64,000 bases of DNA, taken from NCBI GenBank assembly GCA_965243025.1, contig CBDETY010000003.1, positions 3,136,001-3,200,000 on the forward strand, read 5' to 3'. The notes beneath the pieces are model-generated. The model did no database searches, had not been told where the DNA came from, and saw only the letters and a list, made by a program, of their open reading frames with translations. Below, one piece after another: positions 1 to 9,686 of the stretch. The translations under genes and the position numbers were made by a program. The stretch's first letter is position 1, and every line of letters starts with the position of its first letter. The DNA comes from Candidatus Latescibacterota bacterium. GTDB lineage: Bacteria > Latescibacterota > UBA2968 > UBA8231.

Positions 1-285
1 GCGCACGTTCTCCGCGTACTGCCAGTCCTTGACCGTTCCCACCGGGACATCCGACTCGATCCGGTCGACGATGAACTCCATGCCCTCGACCTGGGTCGGG
101 TATATCACCTGGTACCCCGAGGCCCATCCCAGGCCCGACACGAAGGCGTCGACCGGGGTACCCTCGAGGAAGCCGAGAAACGCCTGTGCGTACTTCTCCG
201 GCGTCATCGGGGGATGGTAGCTGGCTTCCTCGCCCCCGTTCTGGTTCCACATGATCCGGTACTTCCTGCTGAATCGTTCGGCCAC
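1..285 (-). CDS. 5' part of hypothetical protein, possibly glycoside hydrolase-like TIM barrel (runs off window)
   Basis: Open frame from GTG at 285 with GGAGG SD: MAERFSRKYRIMWNQNGGEEASYHPPMTPEKYAQAFLGFLEGTPVDAFVSGLG...; GC3-rich codons; absent from ORF track because it is truncated. Confidence 0.7.
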   Translation of the reverse strand, partial: MAERFSRKYRIMWNQNGGEEASYHPPMTPEKYAQAFLGFLEGTPVDAFVSGLGWASGYQVIYPTQVEGMEFIVDRIESDVPVGTVKDWQYAENVR

Positions 286-713
286 TTTTGCCTCCGGGAA
301 CAGGGGTTCCGCACCAGATGCTCCACACCGCGCGGCCCATCGAACCGGTGCCGGCGCGTGAATCTGCCGGCCGCCAGTATCGGACAGCGGGAGGGGAGAG
401 TCGAGAGCGCGCGGTTTATACCTCATAACCCTCACTCAAGACTCAAGGGGCGTTGCCCATGCTGCGGACATCAGTACTTTTTTTCTCATGGCTGTGATGA
501 TCGGCTGTTCGGATCAGCCTGCGGACCCTGCGGATACGGAATACGACCTCGACGTACCCCGCCGAGGGCAAGCACGTATCCGGGCCTCTTGAAAGGCCCC
601 AAAATTTACACTTGGACCAAGCTGCAGGATGGTGACTACGATTGGGCTATGACGACGAGGATACCCTCGATGACCTGGTACCGTAGACGAGCTGGATGAA
701 TTGCAGGTACGCC

Positions 714-1271
714 ATGAACGGCCGCATTGCCTTTATCGCAGTTCTGGTCATGTCGGTAGCGGCCCAGGGTGCCCTTCCTGAGCAGTCTCGCTGGGCCCTG
801 GGGGTCAGCCTCAGAGATGCTGATGCCTCTTCCATCTGGAGGATAGGCCCGCGAGTCACCTATGGGCTCACGCTGGGCAACAACGTCTTCACCCATGTGG
901 CTGATTGGAGCACATGGACTCTGGACATTGACGCTCGGCTCACGGTGAAAACCTTTCACCACCGGACAAAAGAGACATCGTGGTTCACTTTCCTGGAACC
1001 CGGACTCGTTCTATACGAAGTGGATTACCCCTATGGCGGGTATAGACTCAAAGAGGTCGAGAACGAGAGTGGGGCAATATCATCTCGTGACAGGGTTGCC
1101 ACGAGTCTCGCCGCTGGAACTGGCATCGCCTGGGCGCCTCACAAGCACCTTGGATGCTTTATCCGGTGGGGAATCTTCGTTCAATACCGCGAGAACTGGG
1201 AGCGCGGTTTACCAAACCAGTCCTGGGTCGAGTTGGACAAGATCCGGCTCACCGGCTTCTGGATGCTTTAG
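714..1271 (+). CDS. Secreted hypothetical protein, probable small outer-membrane beta-barrel
   Basis: Signal peptide (MNGRIAFIAVLVMSVAAQG), alternating aromatic/hydrophobic strands, aromatic C-terminus (RLTGFWML). Confidence 0.55.
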   Translation: MNGRIAFIAVLVMSVAAQGALPEQSRWALGVSLRDADASSIWRIGPRVTYGLTLGNNVFTHVADWSTWTLDIDARLTVKTFHHRTKETSWFTFLEPGLVLYEVDYPYGGYRLKEVENESGAISSRDRVATSLAAGTGIAWAPHKHLGCFIRWGIFVQYRENWERGLPNQSWVELDKIRLTGFWML

Positions 1272-1642
1272 CAGAGGCACCAGGGAATGGTGGTCATACT
1301 ACAGCTACTGCCGCTGGCCGCCGACGTGTCTGCCCTGACCTTTCACGTCGGCTGCAATCGCTCCGGGTGCCCCGTGAGTTTCCCTTGGAAGTAGTGCCCA
1401 TCAGCCACCGAGGTCTCGCCCACCGCATTCCCCCACCCCTTTCCCGTGGCTCGGGATCCTCGGTACCAACCTGACATGCTTCCCTCGTAATTCCCTTTGG
1501 TTACACCGTCGCCAGGGGACGACCATGCCCGCAACCGCCGGCAGTCAGGTCCCTGCTATGGAGCTTTCCGGCTGGTGAGCCGTATTTCCTGCCCGACTAC
1601 GGACACTGATTCGACTGTGACTCCCGAAAGGAAGGAAACAGC

Positions 1643-2932
1643 ATGAATGACAACTGGCTCACCGGGATATACCTGACCACGGAGGAGGTCCTCGAATACC
1701 CCGATTACGTCGAGCGGCTGCGCGACGAGATCGGGCTGAACACGGTGGTTCTCTCGTTTACCGGCCAGCTGCCCGGGGAGGTGCTCGCCCTCAGCCCCTA
1801 CGGGGGGCGCACCCCGACAGATGAAGAGCTGGGCAGGCTCGTTTTACGGCATTTCGACGGCCGCCCCGTAGACCCGAGGGAATACCCGAAAGCCCGGGAC
1901 CTGTGCGGCCCCGGTGTTTCTGCCGAGGGGGACGACGAAACATTCAGGAGGGCCCTGGGACAGCTGAAGGAGGCGGGCCTGACGGTATGGACGTACGGAG
2001 GGGCCTGGACGATCCGCCGCCTCATGTTCTGTCCGTCGCGGCAGGATGTGCAGGACTGGATCGAGGCAGTCTGCGTGCACTGGGTGACCAGGTACGATCT
2101 CGACGCCCTCGACATCACCCACTTCCGCTACCCGATGGGCAGCTTTCCCCTGGGGCTTTTCGGCTGCACCTGTTCTTCCTGCACCGCGGCCGCCGAGGAG
2201 CTCGGTTACGACATGGGGGCGATGGTCGAGGACCTGAAGCGCGCCCGGGAGGGCCTGCGCCGGCTCGACGGCGCCCGCCTCGGCGAAGTGGTCCGTCTCG
2301 GGGTCGGTTTCTTCGACGTCGTCCACGCCCTCGGCCTGGGTTCGGGGGTGCTCGACTGGGTCCGCTTCCGCTGCGACCTCGTCGTCCGCAACCTTGCCCG
2401 CTTTCGCGCCGCGGTGCACGCGGCCGCCCCCGGCAAGGCGTTCGGCACCGACACCTACCCCGCCTCCATGGCGCTGACCGCGGGCCACGATTACCGGCGC
2501 TGGGGAGAGATGGCAGATTTCGCCAGCCCGCTGGTGTCCCACATCTCCGCCTTCGTCTGCAACACCTTCATCGAGTGGGCCCGCTTTCTGCAGGGGGAGG
2601 TCCCCGGCCTGCGGGAAGAGGATGCCCTGCAACTCGTCTATCGATTCACGGGGTACGACGGCATGGGGTTGCCGGAGACCATCGCCGCATACGGCGCCGA
2701 CGAGCCGGCGACGCTGGCCTACCGGGTCCCCACGGACGACCTGGTGCTGCGGGACCTGGTGAAGGCGAAGCTGTTCCTGCCGGCTGACATGCCCTCCTAT
2801 CCGATCATCCACGGAGAGGGTTGGCCGCCCGAGGCGATCGACCGCATCGTCAGCGAAGCGCGCCGGCTGGGGCACAACGGCATCGTCTGGCAGGGCACCG
2901 ACGAACTGATGGAGTACGACTTCAAACGCTGA
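1643..2932 (+). CDS. Hypothetical protein, glycoside-hydrolase-like TIM barrel with CxCxxC motif
   Basis: 429 aa, AAGGAAGGA SD, GC3 bias; FCPSxxDV and FGCTCSSC motifs reminiscent of GH42/GHL families. Confidence 0.65.
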   Translation: MNDNWLTGIYLTTEEVLEYPDYVERLRDEIGLNTVVLSFTGQLPGEVLALSPYGGRTPTDEELGRLVLRHFDGRPVDPREYPKARDLCGPGVSAEGDDETFRRALGQLKEAGLTVWTYGGAWTIRRLMFCPSRQDVQDWIEAVCVHWVTRYDLDALDITHFRYPMGSFPLGLFGCTCSSCTAAAEELGYDMGAMVEDLKRAREGLRRLDGARLGEVVRLGVGFFDVVHALGLGSGVLDWVRFRCDLVVRNLARFRAAVHAAAPGKAFGTDTYPASMALTAGHDYRRWGEMADFASPLVSHISAFVCNTFIEWARFLQGEVPGLREEDALQLVYRFTGYDGMGLPETIAAYGADEPATLAYRVPTDDLVLRDLVKAKLFLPADMPSYPIIHGEGWPPEAIDRIVSEARRLGHNGIVWQGTDELMEYDFKR

Positions 2933-3011
2933 GAAGGTGCGGCCGTGCGCCGCCCGGGCACCGGCGGCGTTGGCAACTGCGGCCTGTTGTGAACTCAGCC
3001 CCCGGACAGGC

Positions 3012-4106
3012 TCATTCCCCTCTTGCTTCGCCGCTGTCGATACGCTCCCCGGTATCGGCGTCGAAGAGGTGAAGGCGGCCGGGACGGGGACTCAGCGAGA
3101 CCCGGCTTCCGGACACCGCCCATGCGCCGCGGTCCGTGCGGGCAATCAGGTCGGTTCCTGAGACGCGTACGGTGAGGAACACGTCCGGGCCGCTCGGCTC
3201 CCTGAGGATGACGGTTCCGTCCCATGCGTGCCCGCGGCCCTGCTCCCCGACGAGCAGGTCTTCCGGGCGGACTCCAAGGACCACCTTCCGGACCGAGGCC
3301 GCGGGAGCCCCCTCGAGCCGCCACCGGCCGGACGGCCCCTCGAAGCAGGCGGCTCCGTCCTCGAAAACGAGACGCCCCCGCAACAGGTTCATGGCCGGGC
3401 TGCCGACGAACGCGGCGACGAAGACGTTGGCCGGCCGCTCGTAGATTTCGTCCGGGGAGCCGAGCTGCTGGAGCCGTCCGCGGTCCATGACGGCAACCAG
3501 GTCCGAAAGGGCGAGGGCCTCCGCCTGGTCGTGGGTGACGTAGACGAAGGTGCGCCCCAGTTCCTGGTGCAGGCGCTTCAGCTCCCCCCGCATGGAAACC
3601 CGCAGGGCCACGTCGAGGTTGCTCAGCGGCTCGTCCATCAGGAACACGGCCGGCTCGCGGACGATGGAGCGGCCCAGCGCCACCCGCTGGCGCTGTCCCC
3701 CGGAAAGCTGCCACGGCCGGCGGTCGAGCAGCTCGGTGATTCCCAGAGTCTCCGCGGCCTCCCGCACCCGGCGCTCTGTCTCGGCCGGGTCCACCTTCAT
3801 CATGCGCAGCGCGAAACCCATGTTCCCGGCGACGCTCATGTGCGGGTAGAGGGCGTAGCTCTGGAAGACCATGGCGATGTCGCGGCGGTTGGCCGCAAGG
3901 CGGGTGACGTCTTCCCCGTCGAAGGCGATGCTGCCGTCGCTGACCGGTTCGAGCCCGGCGATCAGCCGCAGGCTGGTGGTCTTGCCGCAGCCGGACGGCC
4001 CCAGCAGGGTGACGAAGGCGCGGTCGGGAATCCGCAGGGTGAGACCGTCGACCGCAACCACCGGTCCGAACCGTTTCGTGACGTTTCTCAGGGCGACTTC
4101 GGCCAT
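3012..4106 (-). CDS. Carbohydrate ABC transporter ATP-binding protein (MalK/UgpC family)
   Basis: Walker A GPSGCGKT, MVFQSYALYPHM, LSGGQRQRVALGR, DEPLSNLD, C-terminal TOBE region. Confidence 0.95.
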   Translation of the reverse strand: MAEVALRNVTKRFGPVVAVDGLTLRIPDRAFVTLLGPSGCGKTTSLRLIAGLEPVSDGSIAFDGEDVTRLAANRRDIAMVFQSYALYPHMSVAGNMGFALRMMKVDPAETERRVREAAETLGITELLDRRPWQLSGGQRQRVALGRSIVREPAVFLMDEPLSNLDVALRVSMRGELKRLHQELGRTFVYVTHDQAEALALSDLVAVMDRGRLQQLGSPDEIYERPANVFVAAFVGSPAMNLLRGRLVFEDGAACFEGPSGRWRLEGAPAASVRKVVLGVRPEDLLVGEQGRGHAWDGTVILREPSGPDVFLTVRVSGTDLIARTDRGAWAVSGSRVSLSPRPGRLHLFDADTGERIDSGEARGE

Positions 4107-4977
4107 CAGCCCTTCACCGAGCCGGCCAGCAGGCCGGAGACGATCATGCGCTGGAACAGGAAAGCGAGCACCAGGGGGGAACGATGGCGAGCACTCCGGC
4201 GGTCGTCATCAGCGTGTAGCGGATATCGACGTCGGTCGCCAGCTCCGCCACGACCACCGGGATGGTCTTGGCGCTTTCGGTGGAGGAGAAGACCAGCGCG
4301 AACAGGAACTCCCCCCACGACGACATGAACGCGAACAGCCCGGCGCCGACCAGCCCCGGGCGCGCCACCGGAACCAGCACCCGCCAGAGCAGATCCCGGA
4401 AGGTGCAGCGGTCGACGACGGCGGCGTCCTCCAGCTCGCGCGGGATCGTCTGGAAGTAGCTCCTCAGGATCCAGATGGTGAACGGCAGGGTGAAGCCGGT
4501 GTGGGCGACGATGATGGCCAGCGGGTTGTCGATCAGTCCCAGCGCCTTGATGATCAGGAACATCGGCACGACCAGGGCCACCCCCGGAACCATGCGGGAA
4601 GCGAGGTAGAAGATCAGCAGGCGCCGCACGCCCCGGAACTCCAGCCGCGCCAGGCTGTATGCGGCAAGCGTCCCGACGGTGAGGTTGAGGACCACCACGC
4701 TCGCCCCGACGAGAACGCTGTTTAGGATGGCGCGCGGCATCTGCCCCGCGGCTCCGCCGGCGCCGAGCGCCAGGAAACCGGTCGGTGACAGCAGCGCCCG
4801 GTAATTGTCCAGGTTGGGCTCCCGCGGTATCCAGTGGGGCGGGGCGGCCATGGACTCGGCCTCGGTCATGATGCTGGTCAGCAGCAGCCAGAGGGCGGGC
4901 GCTGTCAGCCACGCGCAGGTGACGATGCTCGCCAGCGCCAGCAGGGCCCTCGTCCATGGCGGGTGGGGCCAGCTCAC
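4106..4977 (-). CDS. Carbohydrate ABC permease (MalG-type), with apparent frameshift at G6 run 4174-4179
   Basis: GTG start overlapping upstream stop; EAA-like loop IPRELEDAAVVD; conserved tail LAFLFQRMIVSGLLAGSVKG lies in a different frame after the homopolymer. Confidence 0.85.
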
Positions 4978-5942
4978 GTCCGGATCTCGCCGCGGGCGTA
5001 AAGACTCTTCAGGTACAGGGCCGCGAGCAGCATGGTCGTCACGGCGATAACCACCGCGTAGGCGTTGGCTTCGCCGAAGTCGAGGAAATGGAACGCGGTC
5101 TGGTAGGTCAGCCAGGCGATCACCGTGGTGCTGCTTCCCGGACCGCCGCCGGTGAGCACGAAGATCAGCTCGAACACCCGCAAGGCGATCATGGTCTGCA
5201 GGATGAGGACGATGATCAGGGGATGGATGAGCCAGGGCATGACGATGTGGCGGAAACGCCGCCAGGGTCCGGCGCGGTCGACCATGGCGGCGCTCAGGAG
5301 GTCGCCGGGGATGGTCTGCAAGCCCGCCAGGAAGATGAGCACCGCCAGCGGCAGCTGGTTCCAGACGTGGGCGAGGACGGTGAGCAGCAGGGCCGTCGTC
5401 GGCTCGCTCAGCCACGAACGGTAGTCGTCGATTATCCCGAGAGAGACCAGAAGCCCGTTCAGGGCGCCGGCGCGGCTGTTGTAGATCCACTGCCACATGA
5501 GCCCGTTGACCACGGGGGGGATGGCCCAGGGAACGAGGATCAGGGTTCGCAGGATTGCCTGGCCGCGGATCGGCTGGTTGGCGAGCACGGCGATGGCGAT
5601 GCCGAGGAGGACGATCAGGCTTACCGAAAGGAGCACGAAGACCAGGGTGACCTGCAGGGCGGTCCAGAACTCGGGCTTGCCGGCGATGGTGGCGTAGTTC
5701 TCCACGCCGGCGAACCCGCGCATGTTCGGGCGCATGAGGTTGTGGCGCTGGAAGCTGGTCCACACCGCCTGGATTATCGGGTAAGCCTCGAGCAGCAGCA
5801 GCAGGAGCAGGGCGGGGCTGTTCAGCAGGTACCCGAAGAAGGCGCTCTCGCGCCACCAGGCGCCGGCGCGCAGCCAGCCGGGGATGAAGCGCCATCCCCC
5901 GGGTTGCCGGCCTTCGCGAACTTCGGGCGGGTTGGCTGTCAC
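4974..5942 (-). CDS. Carbohydrate ABC permease (MalF-type)
   Basis: PWAIPPVV, LAGLQTIP, LTGGGPG motifs; multiple TM helices; GTGA overlap with the SBP gene. Confidence 0.9.
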   Translation of the reverse strand: MTANPPEVREGRQPGGWRFIPGWLRAGAWWRESAFFGYLLNSPALLLLLLLEAYPIIQAVWTSFQRHNLMRPNMRGFAGVENYATIAGKPEFWTALQVTLVFVLLSVSLIVLLGIAIAVLANQPIRGQAILRTLILVPWAIPPVVNGLMWQWIYNSRAGALNGLLVSLGIIDDYRSWLSEPTTALLLTVLAHVWNQLPLAVLIFLAGLQTIPGDLLSAAMVDRAGPWRRFRHIVMPWLIHPLIIVLILQTMIALRVFELIFVLTGGGPGSSTTVIAWLTYQTAFHFLDFGEANAYAVVIAVTTMLLAALYLKSLYARGEIRT

Positions 5943-7240
5943 CAGCGCTCGCGCAGGTCCCGGGCCCGCGTGGCCGAAGCCTCGAGGGCTTCCCGGGGCG
6001 AGACCTTGCGGATCAGGGCAGCCTGGACCTGGTCGTAGTTGAAGCTCTCCCACTCGGCGCCCCAGGGGGCGAGCTGCAGCTCGGAGACCCTGGCGACCGC
6101 CGCGAGCCGCCGCTTGACCCCGGCGTTGCCGAACTTGCCGAAGTGAGCCTGCACCTGAGGATCGGCGTCCAGACTCCGGACGCCGTAGCCCAGGGTGAAC
6201 TTCTCGAACCAGTCAGCGGCCGTGTGGTAGCGGCCCTCCGCGTCCTTTCCGCCCAGGTAGCCGAGCAGGGCCGCGCACCCGTCGCGGTCCCCCAGTGTTT
6301 TGGCGAGACCGTACATGCGCACGATCCCGAAGGTGCCGCGGGTAGCCCCGTCGAGGCCGGGGATCATCCCCATTTTTATCTGACCGCTGGCAGCGGCGAG
6401 CTTCGGGTCGTTGTAGCGGCTCTCGTCGTAGCGGTGCTGCATGACGAAGGCGTAGCGGCCGGCCCCGAACAGATCGCGGGTCTGGTTGACGTCGAGCTCC
6501 ACTGCGGCCGGGTCGGCGATCTTCCAGGTATGCACCGCGTCGACCATCCACTGCAGCACTTCGAGGGCGGTCCCGTCCCCGTCGGGGAATACCGGGTTCA
6601 GCTCGTCGTCGAAGAGGCGGCCGCCGCTGGCATAAACCAGCGTCCACCAGTCGACGTTGGACCAGGTGGCCTTCTTGAGTCCGAAAATCAGGGGGTATTC
6701 CGCGACCCCGGCCTTCTTCAGTTCCAGGGACTGGTCCCTGAGCTCGTCCAGGCTGGCCGGAGGACCGTCGATTCCCGCCCGGGCCAGCATCTGCTCGTTG
6801 CAGTAGAAGACCTGGATGTCGGTGAAGTAGGGAAGCCCGTAGAGCTTGCCGTCGACGCTCATGCCCGCCTTGACAAAGGGGAAGAGGTCGTTCTTCACCT
6901 CCTCGATGCCGGGCAGGCCGTCGACGGGCTGGAGATAGCCGGCGTTCACCCACGCCACCAGGTTCTCGCCGCGGACGTAGAGCGCGTCGCGAAGCCGGTC
7001 CGCCGCCGCCAGCGCCACGATGCGGGTGCCGTAGTCGGCCGGCGCGAACATCTGCATCTCGACCTTGTATCCGGGTTCCATGCTTTCGAACCGGTCGAGG
7101 TTCGCGCGCACCACCTCGGGAGCGAACGCCCACCCGGTGAGCCGGACCGCGGTCCGCGGCCAGGCGTCCCGGGGCAACATGAAGGCGGATGCCCCTGCGA
7201 GGCCGGCGGCGCTTTTCAGGAACGTTCGACGATTCGGCAT
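5939..7240 (-). CDS. Sugar ABC transporter substrate-binding protein with Tat signal
   Basis: NRRTFLK twin-arginine leader; DGKLYGLP motif; first gene of the ABC operon. Confidence 0.88.
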   Translation of the reverse strand: MPNRRTFLKSAAGLAGASAFMLPRDAWPRTAVRLTGWAFAPEVVRANLDRFESMEPGYKVEMQMFAPADYGTRIVALAAADRLRDALYVRGENLVAWVNAGYLQPVDGLPGIEEVKNDLFPFVKAGMSVDGKLYGLPYFTDIQVFYCNEQMLARAGIDGPPASLDELRDQSLELKKAGVAEYPLIFGLKKATWSNVDWWTLVYASGGRLFDDELNPVFPDGDGTALEVLQWMVDAVHTWKIADPAAVELDVNQTRDLFGAGRYAFVMQHRYDESRYNDPKLAAASGQIKMGMIPGLDGATRGTFGIVRMYGLAKTLGDRDGCAALLGYLGGKDAEGRYHTAADWFEKFTLGYGVRSLDADPQVQAHFGKFGNAGVKRRLAAVARVSELQLAPWGAEWESFNYDQVQAALIRKVSPREALEASATRARDLRERW

Positions 7241-7310
7241 TTTCAATTCGCGTGCAGGTCCGCCGGATGCGGACCGTAAATCCTGACCTGACCTCCCTGC
7301 CATTCTCAAT

Positions 7311-7937
7311 TCACCGGTTCTGATTCATGGCTGCAAGTCTCCTGATTGCAGACGGTTCGGGGCCTTCGTCCATGCTCCTCGAGATGAGCTTGGCGCACTC
7401 CTCCGGGCTCAGCAGCGAAGTATCGACTTCAAGGTCGTAGATGCCGGGAACGTGCACTTCGCGCTGCCACAACTTGATCGGGAGAGGTATACCTTCCGAC
7501 TCGTCGACGCCCCACGTATTCCGGCGGCGCTCCATTATTACATCCAGGGGACAACGGACACCCACCAGCCACACCGGAAGTCCCCGCAACCTGCGGGCAC
7601 AGTCGATCAGGATCCCGCGGGGTTGAGAGTAGCAGTCGTGGTGGCCGACATCGACGACCACGTTCAGTCCGAGGCGGCTGTGAGCGGCTATGGATTCATA
7701 CATGGCCGCGTAGAGCGCGACTATCAGAGGTTCGAGATCCGGAGCCTCCCCGCCCGGTCTCAGGCCGATCGCCGGGCTGTAGCGGCCCGGTGTGATGTGC
7801 TTGACGAAGTTGTCGACGCCCAGGTTCATCCAGGGACCTTCAAAGGTCTCCTGGATCGCAGCGGCAATGCTCGATTTCCCGGACCTGGGAACGCCGTTGA
7901 GGATGACGATCCGTCCGGGATCGGCTGTTTCCGTCAT
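7311..7937 (-). CDS. Chloramphenicol phosphotransferase-like (CPT family) kinase
   Basis: ILNGVPRSGKSSIA P-loop, LGVD, VGVRCPL, YDLEVDTSLLSPEECA; TGATG overlap with upstream gene. Confidence 0.85.
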   Translation of the reverse strand: MTETADPGRIVILNGVPRSGKSSIAAAIQETFEGPWMNLGVDNFVKHITPGRYSPAIGLRPGGEAPDLEPLIVALYAAMYESIAAHSRLGLNVVVDVGHHDCYSQPRGILIDCARRLRGLPVWLVGVRCPLDVIMERRRNTWGVDESEGIPLPIKLWQREVHVPGIYDLEVDTSLLSPEECAKLISRSMDEGPEPSAIRRLAAMNQNR

Positions 7938-8557
7938 CAGGTTCTCTCGCAACCAATCACGTCAAGGCATCGCTTGGCTGAATCCTCCACGGACGACGTC
8001 GGGCCGACTTTGACCGTCTTCAGCCCAAACCGTTTGACGGCCTCGGTCATGCGTTGATTGTAGAGACAGGCCCTCCCCAGGAACTTGGTGATCATCTCCT
8101 GCCGGCTTTCAGCTCTCTCGGTAAAACGGCTCGCCTTGAAAATCCGGGTTCTCAGCAACTCTTCGCTCGGCTGCAGCCAGACCGCTGCCACGTTGGGAAG
8201 CTTCAAAATAACGACCGTGTCAGGCCAAATTGCAGAGCCTTCGAGTATCAAGCGGTCGATACTGTCGTCCATTGAGTGCCTGGTAACCAGTGCCTCGATA
8301 TCCGGCCACATATTGCGGTAATGATTCACCACTCTCTCGAAAAGCTCTTCGATGGTGAAGGATGCAAAATGCTCGACAACATGTGGCGGCAGGGGCCGCT
8401 CGTCCGGCGTCCAGGGACGTCCCGGATGACGGGCAAGCTTGTCTGTCGAAGCCTGATGCCACCCGAGCCGCTTCGCGAGAACCTGAGCGACGCTTGTTTT
8501 TCCCGAGTTCGAAGGACCACCAATCAGTATGACACGGATGTCCTCCGTTATGTCCAT
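7937..8557 (-). CDS. P-loop small-molecule kinase-like protein
   Basis: C-terminal part of ORF 7937..9379; VILIGGPSNSGKTS, STDKLARHPGRPW, LILEG. Confidence 0.7.
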   Translation of the reverse strand: MDITEDIRVILIGGPSNSGKTSVAQVLAKRLGWHQASTDKLARHPGRPWTPDERPLPPHVVEHFASFTIEELFERVVNHYRNMWPDIEALVTRHSMDDSIDRLILEGSAIWPDTVVILKLPNVAAVWLQPSEELLRTRIFKASRFTERAESRQEMITKFLGRACLYNQRMTEAVKRFGLKTVKVGPTSSVEDSAKRCLDVIGCERT

Positions 8558-8670
8558 TTGGCCATTCTGTTCAACAGGGTAGACGGAGGGGAGGACCGGG
8601 GTGAGCCTGGCGCCGTCCAGTTGCTCCAAACCACGTTCCAGGGGACCCAGGTCCCTTGTGCTGCCCCTCT

Positions 8671-9462
8671 TTAATCCGGGTCGCTTCCCACTGCGTCGAG
8701 GCGGGCCATCTCTTCGGCTCCCAACTGCCAGTCGAACAAATCGAGATTGTCGCGCAGATGCGCCGTCGAGCTCGCCTTGGGGATGACGATCATGTCCTTC
8801 TGCAACAGCCACTTCAAGGCCACCTGCGCCGGGGTCTTGCCGTGTTCGGCGGCCACCTGTTTCAGCGCCTCGTCCCGGACCAGGTCCCCCTGGGCAAGCG
8901 GGCGGTGCGCGGTCAGCACCACGCCGCGGGCGTGGCAGTGGCGGCGCAGTTTTTCGCGGTTGTGGCGCAGGTGGTACTCCACCTGGTTGGTGCAGATGGG
9001 CAGACCGGTGGCAGCCCGTGCCCGGTCGGTCTGCTCGATGCTGAAGTTGCTGATCCCGATGCTGCGGGCCTGGCCGGCCCCGTGGATTTTCTCGAAGGCG
9101 GCCAGGGTGCGTTCCACCGGCACCCCCTGGCCGGGGTGGTGGATGAGCAGGAGGTCGACGTAGTCGGTCTGCAGATCGCGCAGAATCTCCTCCATCTGCT
9201 CCAGGGTCGCCTCGTACTCCAGGTGCGAGTACCAGATCTTGGAGGTGATGAAGAGCCGGCCGCGGTCGGCTCCCACCTCCTTCAGGGTGCGGCCGATGGC
9301 ATCCTGGTTCTGGTACATCCAGGCCGAATCCAGGTGCGTATAGCCCAGCTCGAGGGCCTCTTCGACCACCGCCTGGCACTGCCTGCCGCGCAGCGTCCAG
9401 GTGCCCAGTCCGAACTGCGGGATGGTGTGGCCCGAGGCCAGTGTAATGTCAGGCACGCTCAT
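8671..9462 (-). CDS. Aldo/keto reductase (2,5-DKG reductase-like)
   Basis: GLGTW, D-x4-Y, FITSK, IGISNF, NQVEYH, IPKASS. Confidence 0.93.
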   Translation of the reverse strand: MSVPDITLASGHTIPQFGLGTWTLRGRQCQAVVEEALELGYTHLDSAWMYQNQDAIGRTLKEVGADRGRLFITSKIWYSHLEYEATLEQMEEILRDLQTDYVDLLLIHHPGQGVPVERTLAAFEKIHGAGQARSIGISNFSIEQTDRARAATGLPICTNQVEYHLRHNREKLRRHCHARGVVLTAHRPLAQGDLVRDEALKQVAAEHGKTPAQVALKWLLQKDMIVIPKASSTAHLRDNLDLFDWQLGAEEMARLDAVGSDPD

Positions 9463-9686
9463 GTCGATCCTCCTGCCTTTCCTCCATATGCGTCGTCATC
9501 TCCATAATCTCGGAAGTATCCACATATAGTCCCAGGACCGGGGCTGGCTGCGCCCTGAACAAAGCGCTGCCGCCTCGCTGACCGAACCCCAAGGTGGAAG
9601 GTGGTCCTTCTCAGAGGTCTCCCACGGCACTCGCCTGGCCTTGTATTCTTGCTTTTTTAAATCACGACTTTAAATTATCAAGGATA

